From Candidatus Hadarchaeales archaeon (GTDB taxonomy: Archaea > Hadarchaeota > Hadarchaeia > Hadarchaeales > Hadarchaeaceae), in NCBI GenBank assembly GCA_038823825.1, contig JAWBCC010000002.1:180001-212000 (forward strand): a stretch of 32,000 bases of DNA. Reading direction: 5' to 3'. Position numbers and translations under genes: made by a program. Below, piece after piece: positions 26,653 through 32,000 of this stretch (its first letter is position 1; every line of letters starts with the position of its first letter). A model generated the notes under the pieces. It worked only from the letters and a program-made list of their open reading frames with translations, was not told the DNA's origin and did not search any database.

Positions 26653-27812
26653 GAAAGGTTGCGGTAATCGGTGTTGGACTGACGAAGTTTGGCGAGCTTT
26701 GGGATGTTTCATTCCGTGAAATGATGCTTGAGGCCGGCATAAGGGCTATCGAGGACGCCGGAATAGATGGAAAGCTCATAGACGGGATTTATGTCGGAAA
26801 CATGTCTGGAGGTCAGTTTATCCAGCAAGAACACATAGCATCTCTTGTCGCGGATCATGCCGGTCTTTGTCCGATTCCCTCCACAAGGGTTGAGGCGGCA
26901 TGCGCGTCAGGTGGTCTTGCCTTTAGGCAGGCTGTTATGGCCGTCGCGTCCGGATTCCATGACTTCGTTGTTGCCGCAGGTATAGAGAAAATGACGGATT
27001 TGCTGACCGCCGAAGTTGTTGGAGCGCTTGCCACAGCAGCGGATCAGGAGTGGGAGGTGTATCAAGGTGTAACCTTTCCCGCCCTTTACGCTTTGATGGC
27101 CAGACGTCACATGTATGAGTTCGGAACAACAGAAGAGCAAATGGCAATGGTGGCTGTAAAAAATCACGCCAACGCATGTTTAAACCCGTGTGCTCAATAT
27201 CATACAAAAGTAAGTGTAGAGGCCGTGCTGAAATCTCCTCCAGTCGCCACTCCTCTGAAACTTCTCGATTGTTCCCCGATAACGGATGGCGCAGCCTGCG
27301 TGATTCTTGCGCCCCTTGAGAGAGCCCGCGAGTTTACGGATATTCCGATAGTCGTTGCCGGAAGTGGTCAGAGCAGTGACAGGATATCCCTACACAGTAG
27401 GGAGTCTCTCACTGGTCTGAAAGCCACGACGGAGGCGGCGAGAATGGCGTACAAAATGGCCGGAATAGAGCCCGAGGATGTCGATTTGGCCGAAGTCCAC
27501 GACTGCTTTACAATTGCGGAAATAATGGCGATCGAAGATCTCGGCTTCTGTAAGAAAGGAGAAGGTGGAAAATTCACGGAGGAAGGAGTCACGCAGATTG
27601 GAGGGAAAATACCGGTAAACCCGAGCGGTGGTCTGAAGGGAAAGGGACATCCAGTGGGGGCTACAGGTGTTGCCCAAATAGTTGAAGCAGTTCTACAGCT
27701 TAGAGGAGAAGCTGGAAAAAGACAAGTAGATGGTGCGGAAATTGCCTTGACACATAACGTTGGAGGATCTGGGGGAACAGCTGTGGTTCACATACTGAGG
27801 AGGGGTGACTGA
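26649..27812 (+). CDS. Acetyl-CoA C-acetyltransferase (archaeal thiolase)
   Basis: VEAACASGG (active-site Cys), [17 protein letters not shown] and HNVGGSG are present. ATGA overlap with HMGCS. Confidence 0.92.
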   Translation: MRKVAVIGVGLTKFGELWDVSFREMMLEAGIRAIEDAGIDGKLIDGIYVGNMSGGQFIQQEHIASLVADHAGLCPIPSTRVEAACASGGLAFRQAVMAVASGFHDFVVAAGIEKMTDLLTAEVVGALATAADQEWEVYQGVTFPALYALMARRHMYEFGTTEEQMAMVAVKNHANACLNPCAQYHTKVSVEAVLKSPPVATPLKLLDCSPITDGAACVILAPLERAREFTDIPIVVAGSGQSSDRISLHSRESLTGLKATTEAARMAYKMAGIEPEDVDLAEVHDCFTIAEIMAIEDLGFCKKGEGGKFTEEGVTQIGGKIPVNPSGGLKGKGHPVGATGVAQIVEAVLQLRGEAGKRQVDGAEIALTHNVGGSGGTAVVHILRRGD

Positions 27813-28207
27813 TGGCAGTAGCTAGATTTTGGAGAGAAATTCCTAGCAGGTACAATCTGATTGGTGTCAAATGTCTCAACTGCAATAAGGTAATTTTCCC
27901 ACCTCGTTCGATATGTCCATATTGCAGGAGAACGGGTAAGCTGGAACCATATAAGCTCAGCAGAAGAGGAAAAATCCTGAGTTATACAGTCGTTTACAGC
28001 GCCGCAGAAGGTTTTGAGGATCAAGTCCCTTACGTGCTTGCGATTGTGGAGCTCGAAGATGGACCAAGAATAACCGCACAGGTTACAGATTGTGATCCCT
28101 CTGAAGTCCGTATAGGAGACGAAGTCGAAGTGGTTTTTAGAAAAATGAGGGAAGAGGGAGAAGACGGCGTCATATATTACGGTTATAAGGTAAGGCGAGT
28201 GCTTTAG
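27812..28207 (+). CDS. DUF35 Zn-ribbon/OB-fold protein (scaffold of the thiolase/HMGCS complex)
   Basis: CLNCNKVIFPPRSICPYCRR is a Zn ribbon, followed by an OB-fold-like C-terminus. 1-nt overlap (TGATG) with the thiolase gene. Confidence 0.88.
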   Translation: MAVARFWREIPSRYNLIGVKCLNCNKVIFPPRSICPYCRRTGKLEPYKLSRRGKILSYTVVYSAAEGFEDQVPYVLAIVELEDGPRITAQVTDCDPSEVRIGDEVEVVFRKMREEGEDGVIYYGYKVRRVL

Positions 28208-28962
28208 ACTTTTCTAGCCACAGTTATATAACCCGTATGCCCGATAACTCTCGTGCTTGGACGGGTAGCACCTGGACGAACTTCAATGTTTCTGACCAAA
28301 CATTCGACTGTTTTCATCTCGCGGAATCCATTCGACCGAAGAGCTTCGTAAACTTTTTGGACTGGTTCTATGCAAGGCGAGAAAATCGCGATGTATCCTC
28401 CCACCTTTAAAGCTTCTTCCGCTTTTGGAACCACGAGCTCGGGTCCGCCCATGTCAATCGTAACAAGATCCACACCCCGTTCGTCGATCCCATCAGTTAT
28501 GACATCCTTTAGCTTCACGGTCACGATTTCGCTCAATCCGGCGATTTCCACATTTCTCCGGGCCAGATTAACGAACTCTTCACGATTCTCATAAGAGTAG
28601 ACGTGTCCATCTGGCTTCACAAGAGATCCTAAGAATATCGCAAGGGCGCCGGAACCCGTTCCGCAGTCAACCACGATACTGCCCGGTCCTATGCCGGTCA
28701 TTCCAACTATCTGTGCGGCGTCCTTTGTGAGAATGATCTGCGGAGCTCTTCTTATCTTCTCTAAGAAGTCAACCCTTGAGGGGCGCAGAGCAATAAATTC
28801 CTTGTTCAGGTGTGTTCTGACTCTTACGCCAGGCTCTTTCCCCACGATCTCCCCCAAATCGAGAATCCCAAGATCTGTGCTGAACTTTCTGTTTTCGAGC
28901 TTTACTAGGTATTTCCGGTCTTTTTCATCCAGAAGGATGATATATTCTCCCAGAGAAAACAT
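28204..28962 (-). CDS. trmI: tRNA (adenine-N1)-methyltransferase TrmI (Gcd14 family)
   Basis: MFSLGEYIILLDEKDRKYLVKL..FSTDLGILDL matches the family N-terminus. SAM motif VDCGTGSGALAIFL, and C-terminal HTGYITVARK. The start is chosen at 28962; in-frame ATGs at 28971 and 28995 are alternatives. Confidence 0.88.
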   Translation of the reverse strand: MFSLGEYIILLDEKDRKYLVKLENRKFSTDLGILDLGEIVGKEPGVRVRTHLNKEFIALRPSRVDFLEKIRRAPQIILTKDAAQIVGMTGIGPGSIVVDCGTGSGALAIFLGSLVKPDGHVYSYENREEFVNLARRNVEIAGLSEIVTVKLKDVITDGIDERGVDLVTIDMGGPELVVPKAEEALKVGGYIAIFSPCIEPVQKVYEALRSNGFREMKTVECLVRNIEVRPGATRPSTRVIGHTGYITVARKV

Positions 28963-28978
28963 TCTCCCCATCGTGTTG

Positions 28979-28986
28979 TTATATAT
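28979..28986. promoter_or_regulatory. Symmetric TATA element (TTATATAT) between divergent trmI and the secF-like gene
   Basis: It lies in the 53-nt spacer, 17-24 nt from the trmI ATG (28962) and 30 nt from the secF-like ATG (29016). The latter also has SD GGTGAGGGAGG. Confidence 0.4.
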
Positions 28987-29015
28987 GGCGAGCATAAAAA
29001 AGGTGAGGGAGGCGA

Positions 29016-29831
29016 ATGAAGCTCACATCGCTCATAGGGATAATCTTGGCGGTCTTGGCTATCTGTTGCTTAGCGGTAACACCAGTCGCTCCGCTAAATT
29101 TCGGAGGAGATTTCTCACAGAAGACGATAATCCGCGTTGTTGAGCCGGAAGGGGCTTCAATGGATGAACTATTATCTATGGTCAAGTCCGTTGCAGGAAG
29201 TCCCAAAGTTTTGCTTAAATCTGAAAATTTCCTGCTTCTCGAGATTTCAAAGCCATATTCTGAAAACTTAGCGGAGACCCTACGGCAGTCATTCTCCGAC
29301 TTGGGAGTCGGTTCTGTAGAGATCTTTCCAGTTTCAGCAGTGTTCTCTTTATCTTTTGGTCGAGTGCTGATTTGTGGAATAGTTTCCTTCATTTTAACCG
29401 GAATAGTAGCCTTCATTGTGAGCAGAAGGAAAAGAACGATCATTCTTTTTCCGCTGGTGTCCTTATTGACGTTTATCGAAACTGTTGGGATTCTCTCGCT
29501 CTGGATTCCCATAGATCCAGAGGTGCTGCTCACCTCTGTGTTGATAGCTGTTCTCTTTCCTCTCACGTCGGGAATTTTCCTCCTTAATCCTATCAAATCT
29601 CAAGAAGGGATGCGCAAGCTGAAGATTTCGGCTCTTATATTCTTTGCCGGAATAATCGCAGCAGCAGCATCTCTCTCCACGCTTTCCTTGATGGTCGGTA
29701 CTCTTGGAAACTCTCTCATTGCTCTGGTTCTCGGAGTCGTGGTGGGGATAGTGAACCTGTACTGGCTCGCCGGCGGCCTGCTTTTCCAGCCGGCTCCAAA
29801 GGAGGCCGTGACTTATTATGTCAGCTTCTAG
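29016..29831 (+). CDS. secF: SecF-like protein-export membrane protein (divergent)
   Basis: 1+5 TM topology with an extracytoplasmic loop of about 85 aa after TM1. LNFGGDFSQKTIIRV resembles the SecF G-x-DF-x-GG block. It is directly followed by, and overlaps, a SecD-like gene. Confidence 0.55.
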   Translation: MKLTSLIGIILAVLAICCLAVTPVAPLNFGGDFSQKTIIRVVEPEGASMDELLSMVKSVAGSPKVLLKSENFLLLEISKPYSENLAETLRQSFSDLGVGSVEIFPVSAVFSLSFGRVLICGIVSFILTGIVAFIVSRRKRTIILFPLVSLLTFIETVGILSLWIPIDPEVLLTSVLIAVLFPLTSGIFLLNPIKSQEGMRKLKISALIFFAGIIAAAASLSTLSLMVGTLGNSLIALVLGVVVGIVNLYWLAGGLLFQPAPKEAVTYYVSF

Positions 29832-31533
29832 AAATCTTCTCATCTTTTCGCTGGTGGTTTTTGTCTTTCTGCTTCCAGTCTGGCGACCATGGACGGGGCT
29901 CTCGCCGCAGGTGAGAGGTCTTCAATCAGGGGTTGGCACAAAATCCTACTTTTTGATTATTCTCGAGTCAGAAACTTCGATTGTGACATTCCGTTCTTAT
30001 GACAACAATTTGAAGAGCGTGTGGGACAAGATTTCGAAGGAACTCTCAAAACAGTGGGGAGTTTCACTGATTTCAATGAACCAGGAGAACAACACGATAA
30101 CCTTTGAAGTGGGGTCTGCCGTTACCTCCACACAGCTCAGGAACATGCTGCCTAACGGAGAAATTCTAGAGATCAAAAGTGGGAAATCAGAAAGGTTAAC
30201 GGAAAGAATCATCAAGATTTTGGAGCGCCGTTTAGATCCATACGGTCTTCTCGGAGAAAGGATCAGATGGGCAGGTGATAATCTCATATTGATCGAGACT
30301 AGCAGAGAAATAAAGCCAGAGTTGCTCACAGCAAGGGGAAGGCTCGAAATATTCGTGGATGAAGACCTAGCGGCCACACCTGCGGACATTTTGGGATTCG
30401 GCAAGACGTCTCATGAAGGCAGTGTCGGTTTGATTCCAGTTTACTTCACATCAGATGGCAGAAAGAACTTTAACTCCTTCGTAATTGGCAGACGATATTC
30501 ATACATTTTCTTTTTCCTTGATAGACCACACGATGGAATTGTGATTTTCGACCCCGAAGACTTGACCGACTTGGAGGAATTTTTCTTTGACAATGAGAGC
30601 GGATTTTTCGTGGAAAATACCTCAAAAGTTGCGATAAGGGTTCAAGCTTTTCCAAGTCCAAAGGATTGGATGAGCGACAACCTTGCGGATTATCTAGTCA
30701 GTCACTTTGGTGAAAAGGTGAGAGTCATTCTTTTGGGGAGCAGAGAGGAATTCTCGGACGAATTTCTGATGAGGATTCCATCATCTTACCGGATCGAGTT
30801 TTTGGAGAGAAGGAATGGTGAAACGTCGGATGAATGGCTGAGGAGGGCTCTGGGTTTCTTGATCGGAGTCCCGGTTAGTAGCTCCTTAGCAGAGAATGGC
30901 GTCGCCGAAGGTTCGGGAATAAATCTACCAGTCCCGGCCGGGATGTCGAAGGCAGTAGACCTCAGACACATACTTCTGAATCCTCTGCCAGCCGTTGTCC
31001 ATCTTTCCTCTATCGGAACTGTTGAAGAGGAGAAAGTCCTTACTCCCAATAAATACTTCTTTGCATGTTTTGCTCCAATTGCGCTGTTTTCTCTTGTCGT
31101 TCTCTTTCTCTCGAGATCTCTAAGGTTGACATCAATATTTTTCATCTTCAATTTCTGCATGCTCATAATATCGCTGGGTCTCTTCTCACTCCTAGGAATG
31201 CGCCTCACTCCAGAGTCGCTGATTGCAGGAGTGATAATAGTTTCTCTTTCGATTACATGTTCGCTGCAAATACTCTTCGAGATGCTTGGAGGCTTCAAAC
31301 TAGCAGAGGGAGTTCAGATCGGGTGGAGGAAAGAAAAAGCCTTAGCTCCGGTTTATCTCTGGGCTCTGATCATCTCACTAGCATTGATAGTAGTTTCTTT
31401 ATCTGGTTTTAGATTTCTCCTACCTTTTTCCATTTCGTGCCTTCTCTGGCTGATAATTTTATCCACATTCGGACTTCCAGTTTTAGCCTCAATGATTGAG
31501 CGGGCAACGACTTTAAAGAAGGAGAAGACTTAA
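29818..31533 (+). CDS. secD: SecD-like protein-export membrane protein (divergent, with enlarged extracytoplasmic domain)
   Basis: N-terminal TM, an extracytoplasmic domain of about 400 aa, and 5 C-terminal TMs. ERIIKILERRLDPYGLLGERIRWAGDNLILIE and ARGRLEIFV resemble SecD P1-domain blocks. LTPESLIAGVIIV resembles the SecD TM4 region. Confidence 0.55.
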   Translation: MSASRNLLIFSLVVFVFLLPVWRPWTGLSPQVRGLQSGVGTKSYFLIILESETSIVTFRSYDNNLKSVWDKISKELSKQWGVSLISMNQENNTITFEVGSAVTSTQLRNMLPNGEILEIKSGKSERLTERIIKILERRLDPYGLLGERIRWAGDNLILIETSREIKPELLTARGRLEIFVDEDLAATPADILGFGKTSHEGSVGLIPVYFTSDGRKNFNSFVIGRRYSYIFFFLDRPHDGIVIFDPEDLTDLEEFFFDNESGFFVENTSKVAIRVQAFPSPKDWMSDNLADYLVSHFGEKVRVILLGSREEFSDEFLMRIPSSYRIEFLERRNGETSDEWLRRALGFLIGVPVSSSLAENGVAEGSGINLPVPAGMSKAVDLRHILLNPLPAVVHLSSIGTVEEEKVLTPNKYFFACFAPIALFSLVVLFLSRSLRLTSIFFIFNFCMLIISLGLFSLLGMRLTPESLIAGVIIVSLSITCSLQILFEMLGGFKLAEGVQIGWRKEKALAPVYLWALIISLALIVVSLSGFRFLLPFSISCLLWLIILSTFGLPVLASMIERATTLKKEKT

Positions 31534-31782
31534 AACACCAAATATTCCCGTGATCACCAAGAAAGCAATGAAAATAAACTCTAACTCTAATTTTTGCAGG
31601 ATCTTTCTGCCGGCATGGAAAAGAAGAAGGAGACCTGCAAAGAGAAACCACCACACCACGCAGGAGATTTCCAAAACTCCGACTTTTAGTATCGAAAGCA
31701 CGAAGGCTAAGAACCCGGCGGCTAAAAGAAGTATACAGACCGGATATAAAATAATCATTAGAATTGCCAGATTTTTTCTCAT
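31513..31782 (-). CDS. Small hypothetical membrane protein (about 3 TM)
   Basis: Three hydrophobic stretches are present. The ATG at 31782 forms an ATGA overlap with the upstream gene stop. Its 3' end overlaps the secD-like 3' end by 21 nt. Confidence 0.45.
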   Translation of the reverse strand: MRKNLAILMIILYPVCILLLAAGFLAFVLSILKVGVLEISCVVWWFLFAGLLLLFHAGRKILQKLELEFIFIAFLVITGIFGVLSLLLL

Positions 31783-32000
31783 GTTATCCCGCTTATGAAG
31801 ACGTAACAAGTTGTGGTCGGAAATCTTCTTCTCAGCTCCGCGATTTCCGGACGGTAGATTAACAATTCATTTGCAGGTTCCCTCTTCAAGATACTGCTGA
31901 TAACCTTGGACTCCAGGCTCCCAGAAATCCTTGCTGTCCCTCTCCCCAAACTAGGATTTATCTCGATCAATATGGGAAGCATGAGCTTCTCAGCCTCTTT
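31779..32000 (-). CDS. C-terminal fragment of a possible ATP-grasp-fold enzyme (5'-truncated by the window edge)
   Basis: The frame is open to nt 32000. PILIEINPSLGRGT resembles the ATP-grasp ..E.NPR.. strand motif. Only 73 codons are visible. Confidence 0.3.
   Translation of the reverse strand, partial: KEAEKLMLPILIEINPSLGRGTARISGSLESKVISSILKREPANELLIYRPEIAELRRRFPTTTCYVFISGIT

Noticed and set aside
1-32000. Defence islands, CRISPR arrays, toxin-antitoxin pairs, prophage or transposon remnants, and tRNA or rRNA genes.
   Set aside because: No spacer exceeds 112 nt. No direct repeat arrays, integrase or transposase-like ORFs are present, and no tRNA-sized structured spacers. The PIN protein belongs to the conserved aIF2-gamma-linked Fcf1-like class rather than to a VapBC pair, since no antitoxin-sized partner is present.

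Overview
This is a gene-dense core segment of an archaeal chromosome. I count 38 CDS, and the longest non-coding spacer is 112 nt (705-816). I see no rRNA, tRNA, CRISPR array, transposase, integrase or long repeat.

Gene content, left to right:
- TFB (5'-truncated by the window edge), RadA, and an archaeal cofactor-independent phosphoglycerate mutase.
- An MFS transporter abutting archaeal-type ThrRS, then a short NMD3-like Zn-ribbon protein.
- IlvB/IlvN and a HAD hydrolase.
- A minus-strand base-excision-repair operon: YjbQ, a DEDD/RNase H-like exonuclease, a family-4 UDG and an AAG/MPG glycosylase. It is followed by acylphosphatase and an orphan ORF.
- An epimerase plus GT2 pair.
- A K+-dependent-type membrane pyrophosphatase.
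- The conserved archaeal string L7Ae-S28e-L24e-NDK-aIF5B-S6e-aIF2gamma-PIN.
- ArcTGT and archaeal SAM synthetase.
- Two XRE regulators, one carrying a CBS pair.
- The HMG-CoA synthase / thiolase / DUF35 mevalonate module.
- TrmI, a divergent SecF/SecD-like pair, a small membrane protein, and a 5'-truncated ATP-grasp-like gene.

Several ORF-track starts are over-extended (ThrRS, acylphosphatase, YjbQ, S6e, S28e, L7Ae, XRE-CBS, TrmI). I trimmed them using family N-termini, Shine-Dalgarno position and TATA spacing. Operon-internal genes carry strong GGAGGTG-type SDs or 1-4 nt stop/start overlaps. Many first genes have a TATA-like box about 25-30 nt upstream of the start codon, which fits leaderless or short-leader mRNAs.

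E/K/I-rich proteins suggest a thermophilic euryarchaeote-like lineage. That is inference only, and no taxon can be assigned without a database search.

I do not see a clear novel multi-gene system and there are no defence-island hallmarks, so this is an ordinary housekeeping region. The items most worth a second look are:
1. A box C/D (k-turn-like) motif pair abutting the SD in the L7Ae leader.
2. A divergent metK / HTH-CBS regulator pair sharing a spacer that contains a repeat.
3. The deamination-repair operon with an uncharacterised exonuclease.
4. A SecF/SecD-like pair that appears to have lost conserved charged transmembrane residues.
5. An ArcTGT with no PUA domain.
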